Shown here: positions 41,373 to 55,002 of the stretch, in pieces
Position numbering within the stretch: the first letter of the stretch is position 1
Layout: each line of letters starts with the position of its first letter
Source: Nitrospirota bacterium
Lineage (GTDB): Bacteria; Nitrospirota; UBA9217
Reading direction: 5' to 3'
Assembly (NCBI GenBank): GCA_963737155.1
Contig: CAVTRN010000001.1
Location: 1,312,001 to 1,376,000, forward strand
DNA: 64,000 nt
Position numbers and translations under genes: made by a program
The notes under the pieces: generated by a model
Told to the model about the DNA's origin: nothing
The model's input: only the letters and a program-made list of their open reading frames with translations
Database searches by the model: none

Positions 41373-41849
41373 TTATTGTTTCACCGGCGCTTCTCCCGGC
41401 TTAGCCAAAAAGGGGTTTTTCCCCTCGATGGAGAGGAGCTTGTTATTTTTTGGCTCAAAAACGAGGGTGACGCGTGCACCATCTTTCACAGAAGTTCCGC
41501 CGGCAGTCTGCCACTCGGCATCCCAAGTAAACGTCGCTTCGATCTGCCCATTCTGGGAAATCAGGATAATCATTCTTGAGTATTGGATATTGAAGTGGAT
41601 GGTTGAATACTTCTTAAAGACATCTGCTAGAGACTTGGCAAAGTCATCCCGGTCATGGTATTGGTCGGATATGCCGGACAGGAAAGCGTCGAGGTCTTTC
41701 TTTTCATATGCGCTGGTCATATCCCGGAGAGAGGTGAGAATATTTTTGCTTTTCACGGCTACCTGCTCGGGCGGCAGCTTCTTGCTGTTGCAGGCAAATG
41801 AAGCCATTAGGAATACGAGACCGAAGAGCAGTGTCATGAGACGCCGCAT
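41373..41849 (-). CDS. Putative lipoprotein (NTF2-like fold possible)
   Basis: MRR + hydrophobic stretch + SFAC lipobox-like; GGAGG RBS. Confidence 0.7.
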   Translation of the reverse strand: MRRLMTLLFGLVFLMASFACNSKKLPPEQVAVKSKNILTSLRDMTSAYEKKDLDAFLSGISDQYHDRDDFAKSLADVFKKYSTIHFNIQYSRMIILISQNGQIEATFTWDAEWQTAGGTSVKDGARVTLVFEPKNNKLLSIEGKNPFLAKPGEAPVKQ

Positions 41850-41935
41850 GGGACCTCCATGAATGATAACGAATGATGGGTGATGAAAGAATACACGATG
41901 AAGGATGCATGAGCAAGAATTTTTTTTGCATCCCA

Positions 41936-44740
41936 TTACAGGATTTTTTGCAGGAATTGCCCAGTATACGAATCGTTTATTTTCGCCACGTCCTCCGGCG
42001 TCCCTAGGGCCACGACCTGACCTCCCCGGTCACCACCTTCAGGACCTAGGTCGATGATCCAGTCCGCGGTTTTGATTACGTCGAGGTTGTGTTCGATCAC
42101 CACGACCGTGTTTCCGGCGTCGACGAGCTGGTTTAGCATGTCGAGCAGTTTCTGCGTGTCGGCGAAGTGGAGCCCCGTAGTGGGTTCGTCGAGGATGTAC
42201 AATGTGCGGCCCGTGGAGCGGCGCGACAGTTCCTTGGAAAGCTTTACTCGCTGGGATTCGCCGCCCGACAGCGTGGTGGCCGACTGGCCCAGAGTGATGT
42301 ATCCTAGGCCTACGTCCATTAGGGTCTGGAGCTTGGATTTGATCGGAGGGACATTCTGGAAAAACTCGTAGGCCTGCTCTACGGTCATATTGAGCACTTC
42401 GGCGACATTTTTTCCCTTGTAGCGGATGTCGAGGGTTTCGCGGTTGTAGCGGCTGCCGTGGCATACATCGCAGGTCACATAGACGTCGGGCAGGAAGTGC
42501 ATCTCAATCTTGATCAGACCGTCTCCTTCACAGGCCTCGCACCTTCCGCCTTTCACATTGAAACTGTATCGTCCGGGTTTGTATCCGCGCATGCGCGATT
42601 CCGGAAGCTGCGCAAATAGGTCCCGTGTGGGGCTGAAAACGCCGGTGTAGGTGGCGGGATTCGAACGCGGTGTCCTGCCGATGGGTGACTGGTCGATGTC
42701 GATGACTTTGTCGATGTGTTCCAGGCCTTTGATGTCCTTGTGCCTGCCTGAGCGCTCCGTGGAGCGATATAAGCGCTGGGCAAGCGCACGGTACAGGATA
42801 TCGACAACGAGTGTGCTCTTGCCTGAGCCCGAAACGCCAGTTACGCAGGTGAGTACGCCGAGCGGGAACTGTACCGTGATGCTGTGGAGGTTGTTCTCCG
42901 ATGCGCCCACAACGCTGATGGACTTGTCGAATTTTCTTCGGTTTGCTGGCACTCTAATGAATGCTATACCGGAGAGATATTGCCCCGTGAGCGACTCCGG
43001 GATTTTCTGGACCTCCAGGGGCGTGCCCTGTGCCACGATCTCACCTCCGTGGACGCCGGCACCCGGACCCATGTCGATCACATGGTCCGCGAGCCGGATG
43101 GTTTCCTCGTCGTGTTCGACGACGAGGACGGTATTGCCCAGGTCCCGGAGCCGGAATAGCGTGTCCAGAAGCCGACGGTTGTCGCGCTGATGCAACCCGA
43201 TGCTCGGTTCATCAAGAATGTACAATACTCCTACGAGGGACGAACCGATCTGGGTGGCGAGGCGGATGCGCTGTCCCTCGCCTCCCGAGAGCGTGGCCGA
43301 TCCCCGGTCCAGAGTGAGGTAATCGAGGCCCACATGCACCATGAAACCGAGACGCTCGCGGATTTCCTTAAGGATTCGGTGGGCGATGGTGCTTTCCTTT
43401 TCCGTAAGCGTGATCCCGGAGAAGAACGCCAGTGCCTGCTTGATGCTCATTTTTGTAATATCGTGAATGTTCAGGTTCGAGACTTTGACGGCCAGAGACT
43501 CGGGACGGAGGCGGCTGCCGTTGCAATCCGGACAGGTCTGGTAACTCATATACTGCTCGAGCTCCCACTGGGTCGCAAAAGAGTCGGTATCGTCGTAGCG
43601 GCGTTTCAGAATTTCCAGGATTCCCTCGAAGGGCTTGCAGGGTGCGCCTCTACCCGCCCGTCCGTTCATTGCTTTGGATCCATCATCACCGGTGCCGTTG
43701 AACAGGAGTTTCTGCTGGGCAGCTTTCAAATCCTTAAACGGCGTGTTCACATCGAACGCACAACCCTGTGCAATTGAGTCGAGCATCTGGAAATACTGAA
43801 AGGATGTACGTTTAGCCCATGGCTTGATTGCACCTTCCCGGAGGGAGAGGTTCGGATTCGGCACGATGAGGTCCTTGTCGAATTCGAGCAGGCCGCCTAG
43901 GCCGTCGCATGTCGGGCAGGCGCCCTGCGGGCTGTTGAAGGAAAAACTGTTCGGCGCCATTTCCGGATAGCTGATGTTGTCGTATATGCAGGAGAGTTTC
44001 TCGCTATAGAGTTGGTCTTTTTTTTGGTCCACCAGGTTGATGAGCACAATGCCGTCCGCCTGCTTGAGCGCGGTCTCTATGGATTCTGCAAGTCTTCGAT
44101 CAACCCCTGGCTTGATTACGAGTCGGTCGATTACAATCTCGATATCATGCTTCTTCTTCTTGTCCATCGGGATGGGTTCGGAAAGCTCTTTGATCGCTCC
44201 GTCGATTCGCGCCCGCACGTAACCTGAGGCACCGGCTGCCATGAGTTCTTTTTTGTACTCACCCTTTCTTCCGCGAACAATGGGCGCAAGGACCTGGATT
44301 CGGGTTCCTTCAGGCAGGCCCATAACCGCATCGGTGATCTGCTGTACCGTTTGGGCTGCGATTTCCCGGCCGCATTTGTAGCAATATGGCTTTCCGATGC
44401 GCGCAAAGAGCAGGCGTAGATAATCATAAACCTCGGTCACCGTCCCGACAGTGGAACGGGGGTTCTTGCTCGTCGTTTTCTGCTCGATGGCGATGGCGGG
44501 GGACAGTCCGTCGATGGAGTCAACGTCGGGCTTGTCCATCTGGCCGAGGAATTGCCGGGCATAGGCTGAAAGGCTTTCTACGTACCTGCGCTGTCCCTCA
44601 GCGTAGATTGTGTCAAAGGCAAGGGATGACTTGCCGGAGCCAGATAAACCAGTGATTACCACGAGCTTGTCACGCGGGATTTCGAGATCGATATTTTTCA
44701 AGTTGTGCTGACGGCAGCCTTTGATGATGATTTTGTTCAT
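41936..44740 (-). CDS. uvrA: Excinuclease ABC subunit A
   Basis: Two Walker A motifs ([18 protein letters not shown]), zinc fingers, LSGGE. Confidence 0.97.
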   Translation of the reverse strand: MNKIIIKGCRQHNLKNIDLEIPRDKLVVITGLSGSGKSSLAFDTIYAEGQRRYVESLSAYARQFLGQMDKPDVDSIDGLSPAIAIEQKTTSKNPRSTVGTVTEVYDYLRLLFARIGKPYCYKCGREIAAQTVQQITDAVMGLPEGTRIQVLAPIVRGRKGEYKKELMAAGASGYVRARIDGAIKELSEPIPMDKKKKHDIEIVIDRLVIKPGVDRRLAESIETALKQADGIVLINLVDQKKDQLYSEKLSCIYDNISYPEMAPNSFSFNSPQGACPTCDGLGGLLEFDKDLIVPNPNLSLREGAIKPWAKRTSFQYFQMLDSIAQGCAFDVNTPFKDLKAAQQKLLFNGTGDDGSKAMNGRAGRGAPCKPFEGILEILKRRYDDTDSFATQWELEQYMSYQTCPDCNGSRLRPESLAVKVSNLNIHDITKMSIKQALAFFSGITLTEKESTIAHRILKEIRERLGFMVHVGLDYLTLDRGSATLSGGEGQRIRLATQIGSSLVGVLYILDEPSIGLHQRDNRRLLDTLFRLRDLGNTVLVVEHDEETIRLADHVIDMGPGAGVHGGEIVAQGTPLEVQKIPESLTGQYLSGIAFIRVPANRRKFDKSISVVGASENNLHSITVQFPLGVLTCVTGVSGSGKSTLVVDILYRALAQRLYRSTERSGRHKDIKGLEHIDKVIDIDQSPIGRTPRSNPATYTGVFSPTRDLFAQLPESRMRGYKPGRYSFNVKGGRCEACEGDGLIKIEMHFLPDVYVTCDVCHGSRYNRETLDIRYKGKNVAEVLNMTVEQAYEFFQNVPPIKSKLQTLMDVGLGYITLGQSATTLSGGESQRVKLSKELSRRSTGRTLYILDEPTTGLHFADTQKLLDMLNQLVDAGNTVVVIEHNLDVIKTADWIIDLGPEGGDRGGQVVALGTPEDVAKINDSYTGQFLQKIL

Positions 44741-45289
44741 GGATTTCCCGGGAATAGCGAGTAGCAAGGTAAAGAGCGAATTATTATATTACCACCCCGT
44801 GGGAAGGGAGTAAAGGATTTTATACCTGCTGACCGTGATTCCGTTCTCCTTTCCCGGATTTGTGCAACACAGAAAATCCTTCAGCCACTGAGATAGATGA
44901 CAGAAAACCTAGTAGGGAACTGTAAAAGCGCGAAGCAAGTACGTCCAAACAATTTTCTTCTCTTATCTCTGTGTTCTCAGTGAAAAAACGTTGCCTTCCT
45001 GCTGAGAAAAGTGTGAGTCTTCAATAGCAAGGGATGCCCGGCAGCGGACAGCCTGTGAGAAGGGATGTGAACCTCACCTCATGAATTGTCAACTTGCCAG
45101 GGAAACGGGAATCGGACGGTCGTGCGTCTCCAACCTTGCAGTACTCCCTATCGGTTGTAGTAGTGGGGTGACTATAGTAAGCATTTTTTGCGGGGACTCC
45201 AGAATCTCTGACATTGCAAGGCATTTTCTCGTCCTTTTTTCTATAATCAAAAACCTAGTCCTCATTTATATTATTTATGCGCAAAATTC

Positions 45290-45318
45290 TTGACAATGGT
45301 TTTTCATTGTGTTAACTT
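45290..45318 (+). promoter_or_regulatory. Putative sigma70 promoter of the atp operon
   Basis: TTGACA-17 nt-TAACTT. Confidence 0.45.
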
Positions 45319-45378
45319 TTTTCCACTTTTATAACAGCAGACAAGCGTTTCTCTTTTCCCGAGAGGCAATACCACATT

Positions 45379-45804
45379 ATGATCGATATCAACGTATCAC
45401 TTCTGATACAGCTTGCCAACTTCATCATTTTAATCATACTCCTGAACTTTATTCTTTTTAAGCCGATCCGGCAGATTATGCAAGAACGCGAGCAGGGCAT
45501 CAGCTCGGCATTCGGCGATGCAAGGATCGCCCAGGAGCGTATGCAAAAACTGCTCGACCAATACAACGCTTCGCTGGCCGAGGCCAAGCAAAAGTCCACG
45601 ACAACCTACAATGCGATCTACCAGCATGGGCTTGATGCACAGCGCGATTTGATTTCCGCAGAACGCGCCAAGGCAGGCGAAGCGCTTGACAAGGCCCGCG
45701 CCGAGATTGCAGCTGCATCAGAAGCTGCGCGAACCGACCTCAAAAAAGAGGCGGAGCGGCTCTCGCAGGATATAACCTCCAAGCTGCTTGGAAGGGCGGT
45801 GTAA
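45379..45804 (+). CDS. atpF: ATP synthase F0 subunit b'
   Basis: N-terminal TM, LFKPI, coiled coil. Confidence 0.85.
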   Translation: MIDINVSLLIQLANFIILIILLNFILFKPIRQIMQEREQGISSAFGDARIAQERMQKLLDQYNASLAEAKQKSTTTYNAIYQHGLDAQRDLISAERAKAGEALDKARAEIAAASEAARTDLKKEAERLSQDITSKLLGRAV

Positions 45805-45806
45805 AG

Positions 45807-46394
45807 GTGAGGGGTTCCATGATGAAGAAGATCACGCTGCTGTTCCTTTGCCTGGCTGGAATCTTTCAGGCAGCTTGGGCTATCGCCGATGAAGCAGGAG
45901 GCAACGAAGTAATGACGTTTACCGGTGACTGGCTGCCGAGGCTTGTGAATTTCGGCATTATTGCGGCCGTTGTCATATACTTTATGAGAAAACCGGTCCG
46001 CGATTTCTTTACGAACCGGACTGTAGAGATAGCCAAGGCTATACAGGATGCGAAGGAGACGCGGGAGCGCGCTGTCGCGGCGCTCGCGGACATGGAGCGT
46101 AAGATAAAGGATCTGGAAGTAGAAACAAACCGGATGGTCTCCGAAGCTCAAACCCGCGGTGAAAAAGACAGGCAAGCGCTCATTGAGGAAGGCGAAAAAG
46201 TCGCTCAGGACGTGCAGAACCAAGTGAAGCTTGGCGTTGAAATCGAGGTTCAGAAGGCCAAGACCGCACTGGCCGTAGAAGCCGCTCTTCTGTCCCTCGA
46301 TCTCGCGGAGAACCGCATCAAGGAAAAAATCGGCATTCAGGACCAAGAGCGCATTGTGAAGGAGTATATTTCCAAGGTTGGAGGCAAAGCATGA
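45807..46394 (+). CDS. atpF: ATP synthase F0 subunit b
   Basis: RLVNF...KPVRDFF..R, coiled coil; start may be 45819. Confidence 0.85.
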   Translation: MRGSMMKKITLLFLCLAGIFQAAWAIADEAGGNEVMTFTGDWLPRLVNFGIIAAVVIYFMRKPVRDFFTNRTVEIAKAIQDAKETRERAVAALADMERKIKDLEVETNRMVSEAQTRGEKDRQALIEEGEKVAQDVQNQVKLGVEIEVQKAKTALAVEAALLSLDLAENRIKEKIGIQDQERIVKEYISKVGGKA

Positions 46395-46927
46395 TCGGGA
46401 CCGTTGCGAAAAGATATGCCAGGGCCCTTGTGGAGCTTGCCGATTCTAAGAACACCGTCGATAAGACGAAAGCGGATTTCGCGGCATTTGTAGCCGCGGT
46501 TGAGGCAGTGCCCGCAATGCAGAAGCTCTTTTCCAGCCCCGTGTTTACCCCCGAGAACAAAAAAGCGGTTATTAAGGAGCTGTCCGCCAAACTTAACATG
46601 CAGCCGTTGAGTCAGCGTTTTGTCGAGCATCTGGCTGAAACAGGCAGAATCAGGTACATCAACGACGTCCATGAAGCTTTTCTGTCCATTCTGTCGGAAA
46701 AGCAGAATCGAGCTGCCGTACGTCTTTCTACAGCGACCACTGTCAACAGCGGCGATTTGGCGGACATCAAGAAGAAGCTGGAAGCGCTGACCGGTAAGCA
46801 AGTAGACATCGATGCAAAGGTGGATGTGTCACTCATCGGTGGAGCCAAAGCGCAGATTGGAAGCACGATCTACGACGGATCCATCAAGAACCAGCTCAGC
46901 AAGCTACGCACTCGATTGACGAATTAG
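46391..46927 (+). CDS. atpH: ATP synthase delta subunit
   Basis: AKRYARAL, LIGG..IGS.IYDGSI. Confidence 0.92.
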   Translation: MIGTVAKRYARALVELADSKNTVDKTKADFAAFVAAVEAVPAMQKLFSSPVFTPENKKAVIKELSAKLNMQPLSQRFVEHLAETGRIRYINDVHEAFLSILSEKQNRAAVRLSTATTVNSGDLADIKKKLEALTGKQVDIDAKVDVSLIGGAKAQIGSTIYDGSIKNQLSKLRTRLTN

Positions 46928-46934
46928 AAAAAAC

Positions 46935-47017
46935 TGCAGACGCCAGAAGTCGGAAGACAGAAATCGGGAAGCCCGGTGATGTTACTGTCCTCTGATCTCT
47001 GTCCTCTGTCATCTGAT
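46935..47017. repeat. Imperfect 7-nt-period inverted tandem repeat between atpH and atpA
   Basis: cagacgc cagaagt cggaaga cagaaat ... ctgtcct ctgatct ctgtcct ctgtcat. Confidence 0.55.
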
Positions 47018-47029
47018 CAAAGGAGTTAA

Positions 47030-48541
<1,512 letters not shown>

Positions 48542-48603
48542 TTGCCAAATTTAGACCGAACGAAAAGATGGGACCCGAAACCCGAACCTAAAGTAGGTCA
48601 TAC

Positions 48604-49470
48604 ATGCCCAGCTTAAGAGACATTAAACGAAAAATAATCAGCGTCAAGAAGACCCAGCAGATCACGAAAGCCATGAAAATGGTTGCTGCAGCAAAGCTTC
48701 GCCGCGCCCAGGACCGAGTGATCGCAGCGCGTCCCTACTCGCGCAAGATGCTTGCTGTGATCGCAAACCTTGCGGGCCGGGTCGAACGGGCGCAGCACGT
48801 GCTACTTGCCAAACGGGAACCCAAGCGGGTGAAGTTGCTAGTTCTCACCTCGGACCGGGGTCTCTGCGGCGCATACAATACCAATATCCTGCGTAAGGCC
48901 GTCGAAACAGTCAAGCAGTTCAAGGCGGAAGGCAAGGAAGTTAAGGTCAACGTAGTGGGCAGAAAAGGCCGTGATTTCTTCCGGAAGCGTTCCGCCTTCA
49001 CGCTGGGCAAGGTCTGGTCCGAACTCGGCATGATCGACTATGACAAGGCCTCTGATGTTGGCAAAAACATTGTCGAGCGTTTTGCCGCCGGCGAAACCGA
49101 TGAAGTGTATCTTCTTTATAACGAGTTCAAGAGCGTCATGCAGCAGAAAGTGATGCTTGAGAAACTGCTGCCCGTGGAACCGCCTGCTGAGGCGGATCCG
49201 TTCATGGCCGCTATCGATTATCTCTATGAGCCGTCGGCAGAAGCGATTCTGAGCTCTATCCTGCCGAAACACATCGAGGTGCAGGTCTACCGGGCGATGC
49301 TAGAAAGCCAGGCGAGTGAGATGGGCGCGCGCATGACTGCCATGGATTCCGCCACCCGGAATGCCAAGGACATGATCGAGCGCCTAACATTGAAGTTCAA
49401 CAAGCAGCGCCAGGCCGCAATCACAAAGGAAATCTCCGAAATCGTCGGAGGCGCGGAAGCGCTAAAATAG
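48604..49470 (+). CDS. atpG: ATP synthase gamma subunit
   Basis: ITKAMKMVAAAK, DRGLCG, RQAAITKEISEI. Confidence 0.97.
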   Translation: MPSLRDIKRKIISVKKTQQITKAMKMVAAAKLRRAQDRVIAARPYSRKMLAVIANLAGRVERAQHVLLAKREPKRVKLLVLTSDRGLCGAYNTNILRKAVETVKQFKAEGKEVKVNVVGRKGRDFFRKRSAFTLGKVWSELGMIDYDKASDVGKNIVERFAAGETDEVYLLYNEFKSVMQQKVMLEKLLPVEPPAEADPFMAAIDYLYEPSAEAILSSILPKHIEVQVYRAMLESQASEMGARMTAMDSATRNAKDMIERLTLKFNKQRQAAITKEISEIVGGAEALK

Positions 49471-49509
49471 GAATTTATTGGAAATTGAAGAGTGCAAATC
49501 GAAATTTGA

Positions 49510-51009
<1,500 letters not shown>

Positions 51010-51076
51010 CTGTTAACGAGAGCGTCAACTCGGGTCATAATAAACGAAATTGAGCGCTGAGGATTGGAAAAAGAAC

Positions 51077-51505
51077 ATGGTCGCTGAAAAAGGGAAAATG
51101 CTCCTAGAGATCGTTGCGCCAAGCCGTCAGGTATTGCGGTCGGAGCGCGTGGACGAGGTGATCGCTCCGGGCAGCGAGGGTGAGTTCGGAGTGCTGCCCG
51201 GCCATACGCCATTTCTGACAACGCTCAAGGTCGGAATGCTTTCATACCGGGAAAACACGGAATGGCATTACCTAGCAGTGGAGTGGGGATATGCTGAGGT
51301 TGGGCCGGATCGCGTTGTCATCCTGGCTGAAGGAGCTGACCGGGCGTCGGAGATTGATATTTCTGAGGCACGGCTCGCAAAGGAGCGCGCCGAGAAGGCG
51401 CTGAGTGAAAAGCTTGACCAAAAAGACTATGAAAAAGCCCGCATCGATCTGCTCAGGGCAATGATCCGTATTCAGATTGCCGAGAAGCACGGCGGAAAGA
51501 CGTAA
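51077..51505 (+). CDS. atpC: ATP synthase epsilon subunit
   Basis: PGSEGEFGVLPGH, GYAEV. Confidence 0.93.
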   Translation: MVAEKGKMLLEIVAPSRQVLRSERVDEVIAPGSEGEFGVLPGHTPFLTTLKVGMLSYRENTEWHYLAVEWGYAEVGPDRVVILAEGADRASEIDISEARLAKERAEKALSEKLDQKDYEKARIDLLRAMIRIQIAEKHGGKT

Positions 51506-51536
51506 TCAGTTAGTTGCCTAATCGCATTCCTTAGTC

Positions 51537-51568
51537 AGAAGGCAGCCCTCATGGAGGTCTGCCTTTTG
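51537..51568 (+). terminator. Terminator after the atp operon
   Basis: AGAAGGCAG...CTGCCTTTT hairpin. Confidence 0.65.
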
Positions 51569-51596
51569 TATTTAACGGGCTGCGGCGACATATTCC

Positions 51597-51633
51597 TTGA
51601 CAGCTCTGGTGACACAAATTATAATGATTCTAA
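51597..51633 (+). promoter_or_regulatory. Consensus sigma70 promoter overlapped by a Per-box-like operator
   Basis: TTGACA-17 nt-TATAAT; TTATAATGATTCTAA (51619-51633) is one mismatch from TTATAATNATTATAA. Confidence 0.75.
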
Positions 51634-51638
51634 ACAAT

Positions 51639-52055
51639 ATGGATTTTGTTCAAACAAAACAAGAGCAGAAAAAATGTGCCAGTGTTCGTTTTAAGCGGAC
51701 TCCACAGCGATTGGCTATTCTGGAGTATCTAGAGGGGAATACTTCGCACCCATCAGCGGAGGACATATTCCGGGCGGTATCGGTCAAATATCAATGCATG
51801 TCATTTGCTACCGTTTATAATACCATCCATGCGCTCACGAAGGCCGGGGTGCTGAGAGAACTTACCATCGACCCCGAAAGAAAGCGTTACGATCCCGACA
51901 CCAGTGGTCACCACCACTTAATCTGCACGTCCTGCGGCAAGATCATCGACGTCTCGGAAAAAATCCGTATTGAGTTGCCGAGTTCGATGCCGGAAGATTT
52001 TACCATCCTCGGACACCATATCGAATATTACGGACAATGCTCGGCATGCAGATAA
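51639..52055 (+). CDS. perR: Fur-family peroxide regulator PerR-like
   Basis: TPQRLAIL, HPSAE, ATVYN, HHHLICTSCG, CSAC. Confidence 0.8.
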   Translation: MDFVQTKQEQKKCASVRFKRTPQRLAILEYLEGNTSHPSAEDIFRAVSVKYQCMSFATVYNTIHALTKAGVLRELTIDPERKRYDPDTSGHHHLICTSCGKIIDVSEKIRIELPSSMPEDFTILGHHIEYYGQCSACR

Positions 52056-52140
52056 AAAAAGGTGAATATAGTAATCCCGCTGGTTCGTTCCCCTGGCATA
52101 ATAATCTAATCAATGAGAATAAATTTTAGGAGGCTTCATC

Positions 52141-53397
52141 ATGCGCACAGTAGAAATTAAACCAGGGATCCACTGGGTGGGAGCTATCGACTGGGCAGTT
52201 CGGGATTTTCACGGTTACATAACTCCGAACGGGACGTCGTACAACAACTACTTGATCCTTGACCAACAGGTGACACTTGTTGATACGGTGAAGCACGATT
52301 TCAGCGAGTATACACTGGATTCAATCCGCAGTCTGGTGGACCCGGGGAAAATAAAAAACATCATCATCAATCACATTGAGAACGACCACGTGTCAAGCAT
52401 CGATCGCATCATGGAACTCACGCCCCAAGCCACGATCTATATCACTGCTCGCGGAAAGAAGGGGCTCGATCGTTTCTTTGATACCTCGCATTGGAACTTC
52501 AAGATCGTCAAAACCGGAGATACACTGAGTACGGGCGCCAAAGAAATCACTTTTCTCGAAACCCCCATGCTCCACTGGCCCGATTCAATGATGAGCTATG
52601 TGAAGGAAGACAAGCTACTTTTCAGTCAAGATGCTTTCGGGCAGCATCTCGCTTCTTCGGCGCGGTTTGACGATGAGTACTGCGATCAATTTTCCATGAT
52701 CGGACTCGAGCATGCGGTGCGAGACTACTACGCGAATATTCTCATGCCATTCGGCACGCTCGTGAAGGCGAAGCTCGTCGAGTTCAAGAAACTGGGCGTT
52801 GAAATATCAATGATCGCTCCAGATCATGGCGTGATATGGAGACAGGGGCCGGGAAAGATTCTTCAAATGTATCTCGATATGGCAAACGATAAAGCCGACC
52901 TCAGGGTCGTGCTCGTTTACGATACGATGTGGCAGAGCACGGAACACATGACGATGCCCATCATGCAAGGTATACGGTCGGCCGGCGTTGACGTGGAAGT
53001 CATGAAGCTGCGGGCCACCCCGATGAGCAGGGCGATTAAGAGGGTATGGGAATCCCGAGCTATGCTGATAGGCACTCCGACGCTGAACAACATTATGTTT
53101 CCGAGCGTTGCGGAGTTTCTCACGCATCTCCGCGGACTCAGGCCAAAGAACCGGCTGGCGGGCGCATTTGGCAGTTTCGGCTGGGGCGGCGGCGCGGTGA
53201 AGGAAGCTTACGCTGAATTCAAAAGAATGGGCCTTGAAACGGTCGAACCCGGGGTCGAAGTGATGTACCGGCCATCCGAAGAGGATAAATTGAAGTGCTT
53301 CGAATTCGGAAAGCAGTTTGCGGAAAAAACCAAAGAATATCAAAAGAAGTTCGACGGCGGTTTCGTGGAGACCTGTTTACCAAATTCCAAGCCTTAA
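52141..53397 (+). CDS. fprA: Flavodiiron protein (A-type flavoprotein)
   Basis: HIENDH, HWPDSM, SQDAFG, PDHG, flavodoxin GSFGWGG. Confidence 0.92.
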   Translation: MRTVEIKPGIHWVGAIDWAVRDFHGYITPNGTSYNNYLILDQQVTLVDTVKHDFSEYTLDSIRSLVDPGKIKNIIINHIENDHVSSIDRIMELTPQATIYITARGKKGLDRFFDTSHWNFKIVKTGDTLSTGAKEITFLETPMLHWPDSMMSYVKEDKLLFSQDAFGQHLASSARFDDEYCDQFSMIGLEHAVRDYYANILMPFGTLVKAKLVEFKKLGVEISMIAPDHGVIWRQGPGKILQMYLDMANDKADLRVVLVYDTMWQSTEHMTMPIMQGIRSAGVDVEVMKLRATPMSRAIKRVWESRAMLIGTPTLNNIMFPSVAEFLTHLRGLRPKNRLAGAFGSFGWGGGAVKEAYAEFKRMGLETVEPGVEVMYRPSEEDKLKCFEFGKQFAEKTKEYQKKFDGGFVETCLPNSKP

Positions 53398-53509
53398 ACT
53401 CAATCAGAAAATAATAACGATCGTTCCTTTCGGTTCCTGCGGCATATACGAGGTCGACTTTCGCAGACGGAGGGGATGTTTCTCATCGATCAAAGAGAAG
53501 GAGATAAAT

Positions 53510-53638
53510 ATGTGGAGATGCACCGTGTGCGGATATATTTACGACGATGTAAAAGAAGGAACAAAGTTCGAGAATCTTCCCGATGACTGGAGTTGCCCTG
53601 TCTGTAATGCGCCTAAAGATGCCTTTGTAAGAATTTGA
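53510..53638 (+). CDS. Rubredoxin
   Basis: CTVCGYIYD...[10 protein letters not shown]; AAGGAG RBS. Confidence 0.93.
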   Translation: MWRCTVCGYIYDDVKEGTKFENLPDDWSCPVCNAPKDAFVRI

Positions 53639-53664
53639 TATGCGCACAAATTACCCGGAATCGC

Positions 53665-53700
53665 AAGGCGGCAATGGCTCTGTCATTATCCGCCTTTTTT
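53665..53700 (+). terminator. Terminator after rubredoxin
   Basis: AAGGCGG...CCGCCTTTTTT. Confidence 0.65.
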
Positions 53701-53703
53701 ATG

Positions 53704-54193
53704 GGGTGTATGAGAAATTTAGGGGTAAATCGTGACTTTGATTTGTTTTTGCCCCATAATCTGCATAGTCATTTAGCATGCAGATTATGGGGAGGGCAGA
53801 TGCCGGAACCAATAGTGGACCTGGAGCGTAAAAAAGAGACCCTGTACGCAAAGCTTAAGTCTGTGGGAGATTTTAGGCGAGGAAGCGTATCGGGAAATTA
53901 CCGTAAGCGTGGGAAGGCAAGCTGTGTGGGCCCAAAAAGGACACCCTGGCCACGAGCCTCAATATTTATGGATAACGATGATCAAGGGGAAGAGTTATGC
54001 CAAGAGCATCGAACTGGAGCCGGAGATGCAACAGTGCGAGGAAGAGGTCGCTGGAAGCAATCAGGCATGCACTGGACCGTTGAGGGCACAGACCGTTTTT
54101 CTTAGATACAGTCTCTTTAGCAAGCGTTGAGAGAGTTTTTGGGAGCATTGGGCATGCGCTTGATTGATTTACCCATAAATTTGTCGCACAACC
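53704..54193 (+). mobile_element. Internally deleted ISKra4-like element with terminal inverted repeats
   Basis: 23-bp TIRs matching 18/23; accessory ORF remnant (GDFRRGSV..YRK.GK..C) joined to the transposase C-terminus KQSGMHWTV.G. Confidence 0.65.
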
Positions 54194-54289
54194 TTTTTTT
54201 GTTTGACAGCTTCCAAGGTACCCACTATAATTTATTATAATGGGTTCTGCCGTGAAACAGTGGGTGTTGCCCATGGCCGATAGTGGGTT

Positions 54290-54972
54290 ATGAGCGTAAA
54301 AGCTTGGCCGGAATATAAACGGCCTTCCGAGAGACTCATTCTGCATGGGACGGCATCGCTTTCCATGGCCAGCTCCTCGCCGCCATTATCCGCAATAGCC
54401 GCGCAGGCCAAACGGCTATAGGCCTCGGAAAAGACCTCCTAGAACAATTCGAAAATCTGTCAGGCACTGAGCGGTTTGGCAGTGTGGAGCTTTGCGCTGT
54501 TAGGGGATTTAGCCCTGTCAGGGTAACGGATATTAAAGCGACGATCGAGCTGGTTTGGCGGTATCAGAAGCCGAGCTTGGCGGGCGTGTCGTTCTGTTTC
54601 GGCAAGAATTTTGCCCTTTACTACCAGCGCAGGATTAAAAATATCAACGAGGTTATTGTTTCGATGAGTCCTGATCGATACAAAGAACAAGATCATTCAG
54701 TATGAGATTATTTCTATGGGTAGTCTCACCGCGTCAATTGTCCATCCCTGGCATACTTTCAAAGTTGCCATCGGGGAGTTGAAGCAGCGGTCATTTTCAC
54801 TCATAATCATTCGAGCGGCAACGCCAAATCCAGACAGGAGGATATTTTGCAGACCCGGCAGTTTGTTCGGGCCGGGCATGGGCTCGGGGTCTAGGTGCTC
54901 GATCATATCTTCACCGGAGGCCGATGCGTCTTTAGCTTCAGGTATAGTGGTCTGATTCAGCGCCCTTCGTAA
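54290..54972 (+). pseudogene. radC: radC pseudogene
   Basis: WPEYKRPSERL, ELCAVRG, GSLTASIVHP, HNHSSG...ED...VLDHI with frameshifts and an in-frame TAG. Confidence 0.75.
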
Positions 54973-55002
54973 ACCGGTGCTCTCGTGACCGCTTGACTCT
55001 TT

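Noticed and set aside
45021-45200. GC-rich stretch between uvrA and the atp operon as a possible ncRNA or riboswitch
   Set aside because: I could not match any family or a convincing fold by eye; an Rfam scan is needed.
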